Assembly (NCBI GenBank): GCA_039698055.1
Contig: JBDKTL010000030.1
Location: 32,001-96,000, forward strand
Length of the DNA: 64,000 nt
From: Methanoregula sp.
GTDB lineage: Archaea > Halobacteriota > Methanomicrobia > Methanomicrobiales > Methanospirillaceae
Direction: 5' to 3'
In this document: one piece after another, positions 45,272 through 58,243 of the stretch
How the letters are laid out: the number at the start of each line of letters is the position of its first letter
Position numbering within the stretch: the stretch's first letter is position 1
Translations under genes and position numbers: made by a program
Notes under the pieces: model-generated
Told to the model about the DNA's origin: nothing
What the model saw: only the letters and a program-made list of their open reading frames with translations
Database searches by the model: none

Positions 45272-48200
45272 TTACATGAAATCCGCAAGGCCCAGCTGCT
45301 GTTGCTTCTCCTCACCAAACGTGGAGTTGATTGCAAGATCGAGCACCTCGACACGTTGCTTGGTATACTCAGAAACCTTGTACTTCCTGCAGATATTCCG
45401 CGACATTTCCAGATACTTCTTGACCGAGCCTTCATGAACCGTGGGAATGATATTGCCGTTGCAGATACCTTTGCCCTTAAACTTCGTGCACTTGCCCGCA
45501 AGCGGCATACGCCGGTAGCTTGTATTGCATTTCGTGCACCGGAACTTTTGCTTGGAGAACGCAGAGAGGTTGCCCATCAGGTCCCGGATGAAATGCGTGG
45601 TAAGTACCCGCTCTGCAACGTCATCTTCATCCACGGCACGGATTTTTTCGGCGAGCACAAGTTCTGCTTCGAGTTTCTCAGTCATGGACTTGAGCTGGGT
45701 ATACATGGACTCAAGCGGACCGGCCGAGATATCGGACGTGTCGTGGGTGTAGTGGAACCCTTCGAGCTGGGCCGGCGTGCCAATACGGCGTTCGACCCGG
45801 TCGATAAGCTGTTCCACATCCTTTGCCTTCGCATACGTCAGCGCCGCTTCGTACAGCTCAATGGGGTAGCTGCTCCCCACATCCACGTTCAGGGCTTCCT
45901 TATCGATCTCCGCCGGGTCGATCCGGCTGGTCAGCACGAGCGGGGCATCCATCGAACCGCCCCGGGTCTGGGGCAGGAACGACCGGGAGAAGTTCAGCAG
46001 CCCGTCCAAAAGGAGCATGATACAGTCTTCATCCCCGTCGCACTGCCCGGTAAAGATGCCGTTTGCAGCAAGCGTGTGGTCATCAGCAACTGTTACGCAG
46101 TAGACACAATCCTCAGGCGCAGGAACAATCTCTGCTGTCGCGATCCGGTCGGTTATCATGCACATGCCTTCGAACACCGGAACCGCATCACCGGCTTTTA
46201 CCTCCATCGCCATGCATTTCCGCAGATAGCCGGTTTCCCAGACAAGCATCGCATGCTCAGGAGTAACAACGACCTCCCGGCCCCGGCCGGTCACAAACCG
46301 GATCAGGGTTTTTGGCGCACGGTGGATGGAAACTGACGTGATCTTTCGTATGTGCAGGATACCGCCTGTATCAACACTCCGGGTGAAACTTGGATGGGCG
46401 GGATCGGAGTAGTAGGTACCAAGCCGGTCAAGTTCAGGCCGGCTGATATCAAAGTTCTCCAGCACAAACGTGCGGATGGGCATGTGTTTCCACTGTTGCC
46501 CATCATTGATCTCGATCACGGTATCCCCGTAAAAGCAGTTCCGGCGCTTCGCGGCATGGAAAAACGGGTGGGCATACCCGACATTTGCGCTGGTGAACCC
46601 GACGATACGGGCAAGGACACCGGCACTCGTGTGCGGGGCGAGCCCGATCACGAGATGCCCGATGAGGTCGTCCCGGGTTTTAATCTGGTAAAAGGGCGGC
46701 AGCCCATAGAGTTTTGTCAACAGATCGTCGATGAACTGCGCTACTTTAATCATGTAATCTGCGCAGGAGTCTGAAATGAGAAGGTCCTGCGGGCGCAGCT
46801 CAAGCACCTGTTTGCCGTTCTGCAGGTCATAACCAAAGGTGTCTTTTACATAACCAAGCGAGCGGAGTTTTTCAACAGATACTTTCACTTCATCGGGGCG
46901 GATGTGCGTGAGGGGAAGGTCGATCATATCAAACCGGGTCGTGCCATCTTTGAAAACAAAAATGTCCTGCACCGCCCGGAGAATGCCTTTTTCCATGGCT
47001 TCGACCGTCCGCTCCCGGGAGATCACTCCTTTGACTCCCTTCACAAGCGCAATGCTGTCAGGTCGCAGTCCCAACCGCTCCATCGCTTTGGCATACTCCC
47101 CTTTTACGTTCAGGCTGATCCGCTGGCTGCACGTGGCAGGCACATTGCAGTTCGGGCACCGCTCGGTAGTCAGCTCATGGCCGCATTTCGGGCAGGTGTT
47201 GATCGGGATGGTGTGTGCCCCGCATGCAGCGCAGCGGTTAAGGTACGTGATCTCGTTACAACTGGTGCAGCGCCGTCGCCCCACTTCAATTTCAATCACG
47301 CCGCCTTCTTTCTGGAAATCTATCTCGGTTGCCGTTGCATCGGCATCCTCCAGATGGTTCGACGCGGACTGGAACGAGCGGCGGGAACCACCGGACTCGC
47401 CAAGCGGGAAGAGCCCGTGCGGTGGCGGGTTCATCTTGCGGGGTTTTGATTTCCCGGGCCGGCCCATCCTTCCGCCAATCCGGGTCCCGGATCGGGAGCG
47501 CATACGGAGCCCGGAGAGGTGCATAACCAGCGCAAGGGAACTGTTCCCGGGTATATCATCTGTGGCATCGCGGCGGTGCAGGTGTTCGTCGAGCCCGAGA
47601 CAGGCGATGAATACCCGGTAGTTCCGGATCTGGATATGACCTTCCCGGACTTTATGGGGGAGCAGCAATTCCTCAAGTATGACTTTTATTGTTTTGTCGT
47701 TGGGAAATGAGAGAACGTCGTCCTCAATTTTTCCAGTCGCTGAAACAACTTCTGACAATGCGCAGATTTGGTCAGCCGTGATGTCGTCCCAGAACCACGT
47801 ATAGTCCGGGTGGAGATACCCGCCAGTACGTGCAAACGCGAGTGCTTCCTCTTCGTTCTCCGGAGTTTTTGTGCCGCCGTCAAGCCGCCACCATTCGTCG
47901 CAGTAGCCAACCGGGACAAGGGGGTGATTGTTCTCAAGGAAGTCCCCGTACGAGATCAGAATCTCGCCGACGTCAATAATTTTTTCTATCCGGGGGATCA
48001 GCAACCTGGCAGTCCCGACATCGTCCACCCGGAGCATATCCCCGTTCGTCAGCCGTATAGTCGGCCCTTCAATGGAGTCCACAGGTACGACACCGCAGGC
48101 TTTTCCCGGGCGTTCGGTCTTCATCTGGGTGCCGACCGCCAGAAAATCGCCAAGGATGTGAAGCGTTGCCGGGTGGAGCCCGGCAGCGGCAAACCCTGTA

Positions 48201-49180
48201 TTCCGTGACCGACCGTACCGGAGCCGGAACCCTCCTTTGCGCATCGGGTAGGCAAAGACCGGCCTTCCCCCGATGAGATCGCGGAGATATTTGTCAATGG
48301 GCTTGATGCCGGGCGTATGGTCTTCGGTATCGGTTTTTGCCGCTCCGGCGATGAGCTTGTCCAACCAGTCCCATCCCTCCATCTTCATTTTTTCGACTTT
48401 GCTTTTAAGCTTGCGGGCTTTCCCGGCAATACCTTCCGCAAGCACAAGCGCCATGCCGCCCCGCACCGCGTTTGTCTCCACCCGCTCAAGGTTGCGGTGC
48501 CCGGATACCTCCTCTTTTTCTGTCGCTTCGCCATCAATGCAGACCGGACAGTTCTGGACGATAAGCCGGATCTCTGCTTCGCTTGGCAGGTACTGGAGGT
48601 TCATAATGGTGTTGTACTGCCGGATCTCCTCGATGTAGCGCTCGACTTCTTCCTGCCGGGGGATATAGCGGTTGATGCCGAGCTGCGTACGGACATAATC
48701 CCCGACAAGCACCGACATTGCCTGCGCTGTGCCGCCGGCGCTCCGGATAGGACCAGCGTAAAAGATCGCGAGGTACTGGCTTCCGTCATCGTTTTTCCCT
48801 GTATCGATCTTTGCAATACCTTCCGTGGGAGCGGCCACCACTCCTTCGGTTAACAGCGCCATCGCCGTGCGTATCGAGTGGTCAAGAATCTCAGAATTAT
48901 TTTTTTCCCCGAAACGCCGGGCGACAAAATCGTCGCCAATCCGGAGCGCCACTTCCTCCCGGGACATCTGCGATTCAAGCTCGCGGATCCGTGCCGCAAC
49001 TCCCTTGATGCCCAGCAACGCCTCAACACGATCGGCGAGATCGCTTGCGATCGGGATCTCGACTTCCATACTTGGATCGATACCTTTCTGTCGCGCCTCA
49101 TGTGCGATGGCAATCGCATGGTTCAGCCCCTCCATTAACGAATTCCCGTATGCTTCCATATCAGGAGAGAGCTTGAGCAT
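45272..49180 (-). CDS. polC: DNA polymerase D large subunit DP2 (contains intein)
   Basis: [58 protein letters not shown]-like tail. Confidence 0.97.
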   Translation of the reverse strand: MLKLSPDMEAYGNSLMEGLNHAIAIAHEARQKGIDPSMEVEIPIASDLADRVEALLGIKGVAARIRELESQMSREEVALRIGDDFVARRFGEKNNSEILDHSIRTAMALLTEGVVAAPTEGIAKIDTGKNDDGSQYLAIFYAGPIRSAGGTAQAMSVLVGDYVRTQLGINRYIPRQEEVERYIEEIRQYNTIMNLQYLPSEAEIRLIVQNCPVCIDGEATEKEEVSGHRNLERVETNAVRGGMALVLAEGIAGKARKLKSKVEKMKMEGWDWLDKLIAGAAKTDTEDHTPGIKPIDKYLRDLIGGRPVFAYPMRKGGFRLRYGRSRNTGFAAAGLHPATLHILGDFLAVGTQMKTERPGKACGVVPVDSIEGPTIRLTNGDMLRVDDVGTARLLIPRIEKIIDVGEILISYGDFLENNHPLVPVGYCDEWWRLDGGTKTPENEEEALAFARTGGYLHPDYTWFWDDITADQICALSEVVSATGKIEDDVLSFPNDKTIKVILEELLLPHKVREGHIQIRNYRVFIACLGLDEHLHRRDATDDIPGNSSLALVMHLSGLRMRSRSGTRIGGRMGRPGKSKPRKMNPPPHGLFPLGESGGSRRSFQSASNHLEDADATATEIDFQKEGGVIEIEVGRRRCTSCNEITYLNRCAACGAHTIPINTCPKCGHELTTERCPNCNVPATCSQRISLNVKGEYAKAMERLGLRPDSIALVKGVKGVISRERTVEAMEKGILRAVQDIFVFKDGTTRFDMIDLPLTHIRPDEVKVSVEKLRSLGYVKDTFGYDLQNGKQVLELRPQDLLISDSCADYMIKVAQFIDDLLTKLYGLPPFYQIKTRDDLIGHLVIGLAPHTSAGVLARIVGFTSANVGYAHPFFHAAKRRNCFYGDTVIEINDGQQWKHMPIRTFVLENFDISRPELDRLGTYYSDPAHPSFTRSVDTGGILHIRKITSVSIHRAPKTLIRFVTGRGREVVVTPEHAMLVWETGYLRKCMAMEVKAGDAVPVFEGMCMITDRIATAEIVPAPEDCVYCVTVADDHTLAANGIFTGQCDGDEDCIMLLLDGLLNFSRSFLPQTRGGSMDAPLVLTSRIDPAEIDKEALNVDVGSSYPIELYEAALTYAKAKDVEQLIDRVERRIGTPAQLEGFHYTHDTSDISAGPLESMYTQLKSMTEKLEAELVLAEKIRAVDEDDVAERVLTTHFIRDLMGNLSAFSKQKFRCTKCNTSYRRMPLAGKCTKFKGKGICNGNIIPTVHEGSVKKYLEMSRNICRKYKVSEYTKQRVEVLDLAINSTFGEEKQQQLGLADFM
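46043..46537 (-). other. 165-aa mini-intein in DP2, ending in Gln
   Basis: Splits RRN|CDGDED. Begins CFYGDT, has VTPEH block B and VYCVTV block F, ends NGIFTGQ. No endonuclease domain. Confidence 0.92.
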
Positions 49181-49275
49181 ACCGGTACGATGGTCGGCCG
49201 GGAGATTTATCTGTTCGGTTTGGTCTCAGTTATTTTTTAACAGGACCATACTGTTTGTATAAAAAACGGGCGGGG

Positions 49276-49809
49276 TTATGTATCCGGGTTCTGCTGGAGT
49301 GTATCAACCATCGCCGGGAGTCCCGTTTCACCCATCTGCCAGAGCGTAAGCGTTGCACAGGAACTGATAATCTCGTTTGCGTCCGAAAGCCTGCGGGTGA
49401 GAGGCTCAACGGCGGGTTTGCCGATCCTGCAGAGAGCTCTTGAAAAAAATCCCCGCAGGTCACGATCATCTGTTGCCATTGCATCGATAAGAGGTTCAAT
49501 TGCCGGCTCGCCCATCTCACCGAGCGCTGCAGCGGCATACCGTCGGAAATCCCTGTCGGTATGCTCCGACATTGCAAAAAGCATTGGCCGGATTGCAGGA
49601 GCGCCAATTTTTGACAGGGAGATCGCAGCATACCACCGCTGATCATTATCAGTTGCAGTCGCAAGTGCGCTTATCAGCGGATCAACTGCGCCTGCCCCGA
49701 ATCCTGCCAGGGCATGAACCGCAGTATGACGAATGTCGAGAGTGGGATCGTTTAAATCCAGAATATATTCGCCGATGGTTTTTTTCGAGGTATTTTTTGT
49801 TGCATTCAT
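49276..49809 (-). CDS. HEAT/PBS-lyase repeat protein
   Basis: Repeated R..AA.ALG..G.PA..PL motifs. Confidence 0.85.
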   Translation of the reverse strand: MNATKNTSKKTIGEYILDLNDPTLDIRHTAVHALAGFGAGAVDPLISALATATDNDQRWYAAISLSKIGAPAIRPMLFAMSEHTDRDFRRYAAAALGEMGEPAIEPLIDAMATDDRDLRGFFSRALCRIGKPAVEPLTRRLSDANEIISSCATLTLWQMGETGLPAMVDTLQQNPDT

Positions 49810-50158
49810 GCATATTCCTTCAGGTAATGGTTAAAGCCGGACAAAATATTCCCCGCACACCTTTGTATTTTTATTGCAGGATCCCTTTGAATCGTTCCAT
49901 TTGATCGGTGCCACTGCTGATCGATGCCGCTCACCGTACACACATCCCCATCGCACGGAAAATGTCCCCGTAACTTTTCACACGCCTTCTCAACCATATT
50001 TTCCTTGCCGGAATGCAAACGTCGGCCTCGCAATTTCCCTGTGTGAACTATCCGGCTTTTACGATGGCCCGGGTCAGCAGTCACAAACCCGGGAAAAAAG
50101 TCGGGCAATCGGGTCATGCCCGGTCCGGGGTAATAATTCCCCCCATCGTGAGACGTTG

Positions 50159-51301
50159 TTACGGCACGGTGACCCCAAGCCAGACCGGGATAAAGAGAAT
50201 GCCAAAAAATATTACCATTAGCGCGAGCCCGATAGGAATGCCGGCTTTTGCCCATTCACGCATCGAGATCCCGAGTTTTCCGGCCGCAATAATATTGGGG
50301 ATGTTGCCGGGAATCAGCATCCCTCCCGATATGAGAAGGGCCAGCAGTGCACCGGTCATCTGTTCGAGAGAGAGTGCCGGGCTGATCTCTGCTGCGGCAA
50401 GCGTTGCGTTGTCAAGCACTGCAGACACCATGTTCACCCAGTACAGGGCTTCTGCCGGAATATGGATGATATATTCAAGAATGAGCGGCTTAAACCCCTC
50501 ACCGAGGAATACCAATGCCATAATGAACAGGTACACCTTGCCCGCCCGGATCAGCACCTCCTGAATCTCCTCACGTTCGACAATACATTCAAGGTTGTCA
50601 TCACCCGTATGATGGCGCAAAAAAAGCACCAGGCCGATGACACCAAGAAGGAAAATAGTGGGAATGATATAGATTCCCAGTTTTGAAAACAGGAACAGGA
50701 AATCCGCATGATAGGGGGCGCCGCTCAGTTTTTGAATGACGATGGTTGAGAGCGGTTCTCCCAGCGGAGTAAGCCCGGCACCAAGACCAATCGCAAAACA
50801 GGCAATAATAGTGATCTCGATTTTTGCCTGCCGGACAATCGGGAGGGCATTAATGATCTCGACCAGAATGATCGCAGCAAGGATGGCTGATATGATGCTT
50901 GATACAAGACCAAGGACAATGATAAGCATCGGGACAATAACGGTCAGCGGGATTTTGTTGGTGATGCTGTTGATCCCCTTCTCCAGATGATGATGGAAAA
51001 AATAGATCAAAAGCCCCACCAGCAGCACAACCTGGACAATCCCAATAGGCACACCGGCGATGTTTCCGACATTAAGCGGGCTTGTCAGCGCTTCAAGGAT
51101 AATCTTTGGCGTCCACCCAAATGTTTCTCCTGAAACTGAACCAAATCCGGAGATTGTCAGCGCAGCAACACCGCAGACAAAGAGGAATACTTCGAGATTA
51201 TATTCAATCTTTTTAATCGTGAACGGCAGGATGAGCACCGTACAAAAAATGAGCAGAAGCCCGAGATTGACCCAGAGATCCATGAGGTTCACATCCAGCA
51301 A
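50159..51301 (-). CDS. DUF1646-family membrane protein
   Basis: GAGLTPLGEPLSTI, SAVLDNATLAAAE, GGMLIPGNIPNII. Confidence 0.85.
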   Translation of the reverse strand: MLDVNLMDLWVNLGLLLIFCTVLILPFTIKKIEYNLEVFLFVCGVAALTISGFGSVSGETFGWTPKIILEALTSPLNVGNIAGVPIGIVQVVLLVGLLIYFFHHHLEKGINSITNKIPLTVIVPMLIIVLGLVSSIISAILAAIILVEIINALPIVRQAKIEITIIACFAIGLGAGLTPLGEPLSTIVIQKLSGAPYHADFLFLFSKLGIYIIPTIFLLGVIGLVLFLRHHTGDDNLECIVEREEIQEVLIRAGKVYLFIMALVFLGEGFKPLILEYIIHIPAEALYWVNMVSAVLDNATLAAAEISPALSLEQMTGALLALLISGGMLIPGNIPNIIAAGKLGISMREWAKAGIPIGLALMVIFFGILFIPVWLGVTVP

Positions 51302-51654
51302 TCACTGGTTGCCGGTCCGTTACTAAGAATATGCATTCATAAGATTAATGGGTTCTTCTCTGGATTTGCCTCCTCTCCAGTAGTAAGAAAGTATATATGT
51401 TCAACCACTGGTATAGACCAAATAACCAATAATGTCACGGTGAGGATCATGAAGGGAGATATCACCGGGTGTATCCGGTCATTGCAGACAACTGCCGTTA
51501 ACAGGTGCAGGAAGCGGCTCGAAGAGGCTGCACTCAGGGCCCGGAGCCTGATCACAAAGGATACCGGTGACACAAAGGCAGAGGATCCCAAGACGACAGA
51601 TTACGGTGTCACATCCGTTCTGAAACGCAGGCATGGGTTATAGGGGGAAGAAGA

Positions 51655-51975
51655 ATGGATCAGGAAAAAACATTATTACAGCAGATCCGGGAAAAAGAGC
51701 TGGAATACGCAGGAAAAATCGAAGCCGTAAAAACAGAGACCGATGCAGCGATCGCTGCAGCTGAAAGTGAGGTTGAGAGTCTGCTGTGCACTGCAGACAG
51801 TACGGGAAAGATCGAGGCTGAACAGCTCTACAGGCAGGAGATAGAAAAGATCGAGGTGAAGATCGATACGCTGAAACGCGAGGCAGCAACGGCAAGGGAG
51901 AATGCAGTAATGAAAGGGGAGAAAAACCTGCCCCGCGCCATTACAGCCATTACCAGCTCCGTGAACATGGAATAA
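51655..51975 (+). CDS. A/V-type ATP synthase subunit H/G
   Basis: Charged helical 106-aa protein directly upstream of subunit I. Confidence 0.7.
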   Translation: MDQEKTLLQQIREKELEYAGKIEAVKTETDAAIAAAESEVESLLCTADSTGKIEAEQLYRQEIEKIEVKIDTLKREAATARENAVMKGEKNLPRAITAITSSVNME

Positions 51976-52001
51976 CACTGGTTCATCCCTAAAGAGTTAT
52001 C

Positions 52002-53939
52002 ATGCTCCAGAAGATGGAACGAATCCAGGTTATCGGCCCAAAAGATGAATTAAACCGCGTAGTTGACCTGTTGTACTCCTCAGGAACCGTTCATCTCGAA
52101 AACGCAAACGAGACCATCAACCCGGACGAGATCCCGTTAATACCAGTTGAACTCGGAGCTGCGAATGAGATTACCGATGTCCTCTCAAAGATCACGGCAA
52201 TCTTTGGCACCCTGCCGGTCATTGCAGATAACCCGGCGCACCAGGAGCAGATTCGTGCGGGTCTTGAAAAAGAAAGTCAGGACCAGATTGTTGGCAGGGC
52301 CCGCAGGATAATTGAGGGACTGGAAACAACCACACGGGAACTCTCATCAAAAAAGCGGGACCTTGCCCTTTCGGTGACAAACCTTGACAGGTACGCAAAA
52401 GTGCTCGCGATCATCCAGCCGGTCGAGAGGGAACTACCATCACTGGAAGGTTTTGAAGTCACCATCCTCCTCATCCAGAAAGAGCATAGCGAGGTTCTCG
52501 AACTTATACGAAAGGAACTGGAGATCATCACAAAAAACCAGTTCGAGATGACTTCGACCACCGTGGACGCCGACACCCTTGCAACCCTGATGGTCTTTAA
52601 CAAGAAACATTCAGAAGAAGTGCACGCATTCATCTACTCGGTGAACGTGAATGAGGTCCAAATCCCCCGGGAGTACGCCGGCAGACCTTTTTTCGAGATG
52701 TATGCGATGATCGAGGAGCAGAAGATCCAGGCGCAGAACGGGATTTCTGCCATCGATGAACAGCTTGCATCCCTTTCCGTGACCTGGTACCAGGAACTCG
52801 TTGTCTTAAAAAAGCAGCTTGAGAACTTCCACGACGAATTCGGGGCGTACCGCAACTTCGGGCTCTCTGAATATACGTTTGTGATCTCCGGCTGGATCCC
52901 ACAAAAATCCCTTCCCCGGACACAGGCGGCCTTGCGGGAGCTCTTTGGCAACAAAGTAGTCGTAAACGTGCTGCGGGTTACCGAAGGGGATATGAATAAT
53001 GCGCCGGTGTACTATGACAACCCGTCCTGGGTGAAGCCCTTTGAAGTGGTTATGAGCCTCGTCTCCCTGCCGAAGTATCGTGAGATCGACCCCTCCCCAA
53101 TCCTTGCAGTCTTTTTCCCGATCTTTTTTGGAATCATGGTCGGCGACATCGGGTACGGGCTCCTCATCCTCGCTATCGGGCTCATTGTCCGGCACCGTTT
53201 CCAAGCGATCGCTTTTGCGCGGAGCCTTGCCGGGATGCTCATTATTTCCTCTGTCCCGGCAATCATTTTCGGGTTCATCTTCGGGGAATTCTTTGGGGAC
53301 CTTGGGGAGCAGATGGGATGGATCCAACCGGTGCAGTTCCTCGGCATTACGTGGAACAGGGCAGAGGCTATTATCCCGATGCTGATTCTTGCCGTTTCGA
53401 TTGGCGTTGTCCATGTCTTTTTAGGACTCACTATCGGGATCCGTAATGCCATTATCTTAAAGAGCCGCAGGCACCTTGCAGAACGCTCGGGCATGCTTCT
53501 TGTAATTACCGGCATTATTGTCCTGCTGGTGATGCTGGCCGGTTCCGTGCCCGGAGCGGCGGTTTACCCGGCGGCAGCCCTCATAATTGCCGGCCTTCCA
53601 CTTGTCCTGTACGGGGCAGGTGTGTTTGGCACGATCGAAGTCATGAGCACCGTGGGAAATATCCTTTCATACGCCCGCTTGATGGCGATCGGTATGGCGT
53701 CGGTGATCCTCGCAATGGTCGCGAACAAGCTGAGCGGGGCCTTTGAGATAGCCATAATTGGTATTATCATTGCCGTTCTGCTTCATATCCTCAATCTCGC
53801 GCTTGCCATGTTCAGCCCCTCCATCCATTCCATCCGTCTCCATCTCGTTGAATTCTTTTCAAAGTTCTACGAGGGCGGCGGTAGTGTGTACCAACCGTTT
53901 GCCCGGCCGGTGGCTGACGGGGAGAGGCAAAAAGAGTAG
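52002..53939 (+). CDS. atpI: A/V-type ATP synthase subunit I
   Basis: GWIP, P.Y.EIDP, FFG.MVGDIGYG, LSYARLMA (essential Arg), RLHLVEFFSKFY. Confidence 0.95.
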   Translation: MLQKMERIQVIGPKDELNRVVDLLYSSGTVHLENANETINPDEIPLIPVELGAANEITDVLSKITAIFGTLPVIADNPAHQEQIRAGLEKESQDQIVGRARRIIEGLETTTRELSSKKRDLALSVTNLDRYAKVLAIIQPVERELPSLEGFEVTILLIQKEHSEVLELIRKELEIITKNQFEMTSTTVDADTLATLMVFNKKHSEEVHAFIYSVNVNEVQIPREYAGRPFFEMYAMIEEQKIQAQNGISAIDEQLASLSVTWYQELVVLKKQLENFHDEFGAYRNFGLSEYTFVISGWIPQKSLPRTQAALRELFGNKVVVNVLRVTEGDMNNAPVYYDNPSWVKPFEVVMSLVSLPKYREIDPSPILAVFFPIFFGIMVGDIGYGLLILAIGLIVRHRFQAIAFARSLAGMLIISSVPAIIFGFIFGEFFGDLGEQMGWIQPVQFLGITWNRAEAIIPMLILAVSIGVVHVFLGLTIGIRNAIILKSRRHLAERSGMLLVITGIIVLLVMLAGSVPGAAVYPAAALIIAGLPLVLYGAGVFGTIEVMSTVGNILSYARLMAIGMASVILAMVANKLSGAFEIAIIGIIIAVLLHILNLALAMFSPSIHSIRLHLVEFFSKFYEGGGSVYQPFARPVADGERQKE

Positions 53940-54107
53940 TTGATGCCCGGATTTTTATTGCGTAGTGGTTACCTTTTTAGTGGGGAGAATTGATTGGAAG
54001 GGTAAAATCCACGTTTGGTAAAAAGATCATGGAATATTGGAAATTTTGTTATCGGAAATCCCATTAATTTGACAAAACTTATAGGGAGTTAGTAGTTGGA
54101 AAAACGC

Positions 54108-54773
54108 TCACTTCCCCCCACGCAGCTTCTTTTCCTTCGCCTTTTTCTTCTTCCGCTCAAGGATACTCTTGACCTTCTTGAGCCGGAACAAATCCTCCCG
54201 CTCCCGCTCCTCAATGGCATTCTTGATATACTTGGCCTGACTGTTCAGTTCAGGGATAAGGATCTGCTCAAGTGCATTCACCCGCCGCCGGTTCATCTGG
54301 ATCTCGGCTCCGAGCCGGCGCATCGCGGTCTCGGTCTCGGCAAGCCTGATTAACAGGTCGAGCTCCGCCTCGAATCGCTCTGCGGTCTCATCGATGCGGG
54401 CGCTCGTGGTAATGATCCCATAGCCCCGCTCAAGCAAGGTCTTGGACACTCGTTTCTTCTCAATTACGGGAACGGGAACACCCATGATGTTCTTTCCGGT
54501 GATGTCAACGGTGATCGAGCGGCGGGTGGCAAACCCGGCTGACTTGAGGGCGACAGGATCATCAGTAGCCTGAGCGATGAGAAGGGCGAGGTCGGATGAT
54601 TGCGAGATTATCTCAAGCTCGTCCCGCGAGTCAGAAACCGTGGAGAGGATTTTGAAAAACTCCCGGATCAGGGCATCCATCTTCTCCCGCAGGAGATCAC
54701 GGCCCTGTTCGGCAAGACGGATCTGTGCCTTCTTCTTCATCAGTTCCATCCGGGTGGGCTTGACCTGCTCCAT
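54108..54773 (-). CDS. atpD: A/V-type ATP synthase subunit D
   Basis: PTRMEL, G..LL..K.DAL, NIMGV.VP, RRVNALE, EREREDLFRLK. Confidence 0.95.
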   Translation of the reverse strand: MEQVKPTRMELMKKKAQIRLAEQGRDLLREKMDALIREFFKILSTVSDSRDELEIISQSSDLALLIAQATDDPVALKSAGFATRRSITVDITGKNIMGVPVPVIEKKRVSKTLLERGYGIITTSARIDETAERFEAELDLLIRLAETETAMRRLGAEIQMNRRRVNALEQILIPELNSQAKYIKNAIEEREREDLFRLKKVKSILERKKKKAKEKKLRGGK

Positions 54774-54775
54774 AA

Positions 54776-56182
54776 TTATTCTCCCGCAGGCTTCGCGTTG
54801 GCTGGATGATATTTCGCGATGTGCTCCCGTTTTATCCGCTTCAGCTCATCCTCAGGAAGGATCGCAAAGAGATCCCATGCGATAGCAAGCGTGGTCTCAA
54901 TCGGGCGATCTTCATCGCTCTGCGTGATGAACTGCTTCTCAAACATATCGGCAAACTTAAGGTACTTCTTGTCCAGTTCGGTCAGGGCTTCTTCCCCGAC
55001 GATGGCGACAAGCCGGCGGAGATCGCGGCCATAAGCATAGGAGGCGTAGAGCTGGTCAGCCACACCTCTGTGGTCTTCCCGGGTCTTGCCCGGACCGATC
55101 CCGAGATTCATGAGCCGGGAGAGACAGGGAAGTGCATCCACCGGCGGGTCGGCACCACGGCGGAAGAGATCCCGGGAGAGAACAATCTGCCCTTCCGTGA
55201 TGTATCCCGTCAGGTCGGGGACCGGGTGAGTGATGTCGTCATCGGGCATGGTCAGGATGGGGATTTGGGTGATAGATCCCTTCCTTCCCTTGAGCCTCCC
55301 CGCCCTTTCATAGATGGACGAGAGATCAGTGTACATATATCCGGGATAGCCCCGCCGGCCCGGGACTTCTTCGCGGGCAGTCGAGATCTCACGCAGCGCT
55401 TCGCAGTAATTGATCATGTCCGTCAGGATGACAAGTACGTGCAGGTTATGCGTGAAGGCGAGGAATTCGGCCACTGCAAGACCACACCGGGGGGCAGAGA
55501 GCCGTTCCACCGTCGGGTCGTCTGCGAGGTTCATGAAAAAGACCACACGGTCAAGCGCACCTGTCTGCTCGAAATCCCGCATGAAAAACGAGGCTTCCTT
55601 GTTGGTGATTCCCATCGCTACGAAAACAACAGCGAACTGCTCCCCCTCGCCAAGTACCTTTGCCTGCCTGGCGATCTGGGCTGCAAGCTTGCTCGCCGGA
55701 AGGCCGGCTCCCGAAAAAATCGGCAGCTTCTGGCCCCGGACCAGCGTATTGAGCCCATCGATGGCTGACATACCCGTCTGGATAAAGTCAGCCGGCTTGT
55801 CGCGGGCCGATGGGTTGATGGGGGTACCGGCGATGTCCAGCACTGCCTCAGGGATGATCTCCGGGCGGCCGTCCCGAGCCTTCCCGACACCGGTGAAAAC
55901 ACGACCCAGCATATCAAGCGAGACATTGATCCGGGCCGGTTCTCCCATGAACCTGACCGTGGTTGCGTCTGTGTCGATTCCTCTCGTTCCCTCAAAAACC
56001 TGGACTATCGCATGCTCTTCGGAGATATCGAGCACCTGTCCTGTCCGCTCTTCTCCGTTGCGGAGCGTAATCCTCACCATCTCCCCGTACGCGGCGCCTT
56101 TCACGTTATTGACAAAAACAAGGGGACCCGAGACGTAATCGATTGTCCGGTATTCCCGGGTAACCAGTGATGATGGCGTCAT
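54776..56182 (-). CDS. atpB: A/V-type ATP synthase subunit B
   Basis: [38 protein letters not shown]. Confidence 0.97.
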   Translation of the reverse strand: MTPSSLVTREYRTIDYVSGPLVFVNNVKGAAYGEMVRITLRNGEERTGQVLDISEEHAIVQVFEGTRGIDTDATTVRFMGEPARINVSLDMLGRVFTGVGKARDGRPEIIPEAVLDIAGTPINPSARDKPADFIQTGMSAIDGLNTLVRGQKLPIFSGAGLPASKLAAQIARQAKVLGEGEQFAVVFVAMGITNKEASFFMRDFEQTGALDRVVFFMNLADDPTVERLSAPRCGLAVAEFLAFTHNLHVLVILTDMINYCEALREISTAREEVPGRRGYPGYMYTDLSSIYERAGRLKGRKGSITQIPILTMPDDDITHPVPDLTGYITEGQIVLSRDLFRRGADPPVDALPCLSRLMNLGIGPGKTREDHRGVADQLYASYAYGRDLRRLVAIVGEEALTELDKKYLKFADMFEKQFITQSDEDRPIETTLAIAWDLFAILPEDELKRIKREHIAKYHPANAKPAGE

Positions 56183-57918
56183 TTCTCCACCGCCAGGCTT
56201 AAGAGCTGCTGCTCGATATCGGGCGCCATGTTCCGTATTGCCTCGATATCCGTAACATCCTTCATCCTGCCGATACCCGCCCGGATCGGGAGCGCCTGAA
56301 CCTGCCGGAGCGTGACGCCGCGGCCCATCGCCACGTTCACGTGCTCGAAATAGGTCATAATCACCCTAAGCATCATGTATTGCTTCTCGACAGGACAGAA
56401 CGAATCGGTATCGCTGTAAGCGCTTTGCTGAAGGAAGTCTTCGCGGATCATCCGGGTCACATCAAGAATTGCCTTCTCACTTTCAGGCAGAGCATCGGGG
56501 CCGACCAGTTGGACAATCTCCTGCAGCTCAACTTCTTTCTGGAGCAGGTACATCGCCTTATCCCTCAGCTCACGCCAGTCATGAGCAATATTTTTCACAT
56601 ACCATTCCGAGATGCTGTCGATATAGAGGGAATAACTCTTGATCCAGTTAACCGACGGGAAATGCCGGCGGTAGGCAAGGTTTGTGTCCAGGGCCCAGAA
56701 GGTGCCGACAACCCTCAGCGTGTTCTGGGTGATCGGTTCAGAGAAGTCGCCCCCGGCCGGCGAGACCGCACCTACGACGGTGATCGACCCGTTCCGTTCC
56801 CCGGAGCCAAGGCAGACTACTCTCCCTGCCCGCTCGTAGAAGGCGGAGAGCCGGGTCGCGAGGTAGGCAGGATACCCTTCCTCACCGGGCATCTCCTCGA
56901 GCCTGCCCGAGACCTCCCGCAGTGCCTCGCCCCACCGTGAGGTCGAGTCTGCCATCAGCGCAACATCGTAGCCCATGTCCCGGAAATACTCGGCGATGGT
57001 GATCCCCGTGTAGATGGAGGCCTCCCTTGCCGCGACCGGCATGTTGGAGGTGTTGGCAATCAGGATCGTCCGCTCGATGAGAGGCAGGCCGGTCCGGGGA
57101 TCGACCAGTTCGGGAAACTCGGCAAGCACATCGGTCATCTCGTTGCCCCGCTCGCCGCACCCGATGTAGACCACGACCTGCGTATCAGCCCACTTGGCAA
57201 GCGTCTGCTCCGAGACCGTCTTGCCAGTCCCAAACCCGCCCGGAATCATCGCCGTACCACCTTTGGTAACGGGGAAGATGCAGTCAAAGACCCTTTGCCC
57301 GGTGATCAGCGGGAGAACGGGATCGAGTTTTTTCGTATGGGGCCGGGGGATCCGCACCGGCCAGACCTGCATCAGCGACAGCCGGGTCGTTTTGTCAAGT
57401 ACGCACACAGTCTCTTCGACCGTGAATGATCCGGGCGTAATATCCGTTATTGTGCCTGCGACAGCGGGAGGGACGAGGATACAGTGTTCGAAATGGAACT
57501 CCTGAACAGTCCCGATGACATCACCTGCAACGACGTGATCACCTTTTTTTTTCGCAGGAACAAACTCCCACTTTTTATCCCGGTCAAGACCGGGAGCGTA
57601 GATCCCGCGGGCAATGAAGTCACCGCTCTTCTGCATGAGAACAGGGAGAGGTCGCTGAACCCCGTCATAGATCGATGCGAGGAGACCGGGGCCAAGCTCC
57701 ACGGAAAGGGGTTGTTCCGTGTTCGCGACCGGTTCACCAATCATCAGGCCGGTTGTATCCTCATAGACCTGGATAACCGCATCATCACCCTCAAGCCGGA
57801 TGATCTCGCCCCGGAGGGCTTCGTCCCCCACTTTTACCACGTCATACATCTTCGACCCTTTCATATCGCGGGCGATGATGACCGGGCCCGAGATTCGTGC
57901 AATTGTTCCCGTGATCAT
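56179..57918 (-). CDS. atpA: A/V-type ATP synthase subunit A
   Basis: [43 protein letters not shown]. Confidence 0.97.
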   Translation of the reverse strand: MITGTIARISGPVIIARDMKGSKMYDVVKVGDEALRGEIIRLEGDDAVIQVYEDTTGLMIGEPVANTEQPLSVELGPGLLASIYDGVQRPLPVLMQKSGDFIARGIYAPGLDRDKKWEFVPAKKKGDHVVAGDVIGTVQEFHFEHCILVPPAVAGTITDITPGSFTVEETVCVLDKTTRLSLMQVWPVRIPRPHTKKLDPVLPLITGQRVFDCIFPVTKGGTAMIPGGFGTGKTVSEQTLAKWADTQVVVYIGCGERGNEMTDVLAEFPELVDPRTGLPLIERTILIANTSNMPVAAREASIYTGITIAEYFRDMGYDVALMADSTSRWGEALREVSGRLEEMPGEEGYPAYLATRLSAFYERAGRVVCLGSGERNGSITVVGAVSPAGGDFSEPITQNTLRVVGTFWALDTNLAYRRHFPSVNWIKSYSLYIDSISEWYVKNIAHDWRELRDKAMYLLQKEVELQEIVQLVGPDALPESEKAILDVTRMIREDFLQQSAYSDTDSFCPVEKQYMMLRVIMTYFEHVNVAMGRGVTLRQVQALPIRAGIGRMKDVTDIEAIRNMAPDIEQQLLSLAVEK

Positions 57919-57922
57919 ATCT

Positions 57923-58243
57923 TCACCTCTTTAAGACGATGTTGTACCCGATTGCCTTGCGCAGGAGCCGTTCGATATACGTCCGCCGGTCGACCTCTTT
58001 TGATTTTGAAGGGAGCGGGATGATGAGCGGGCGGTGCATCTTTTCGATACGGTCCATCATCTTCTCGTCAAGCGAGAGCATGTACTCCTCGTCAACCGCC
58101 ACAATCCCGATATCGTCCCGGTAGAGCAGTCCGGGGATCACCTTCTTTGCTTCTTCGCTGGTTCTGGCCTCAAGCACCTCAGCACCAGCGAGACGGAATC
58201 CCGTTGCACGGTCGCTGTCAGTCACAACAACAACCTTATACAT
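57923..58243 (-). CDS. atpF: A/V-type ATP synthase subunit F
   Basis: D..TGFRLAG, DIGIV, RKAIG. Confidence 0.93.
   Translation of the reverse strand: MYKVVVVTDSDRATGFRLAGAEVLEARTSEEAKKVIPGLLYRDDIGIVAVDEEYMLSLDEKMMDRIEKMHRPLIIPLPSKSKEVDRRTYIERLLRKAIGYNIVLKR

Noticed and set aside
45227-46336. 369-aa plus-strand ORF
   Set aside because: Antisense shadow of polC.
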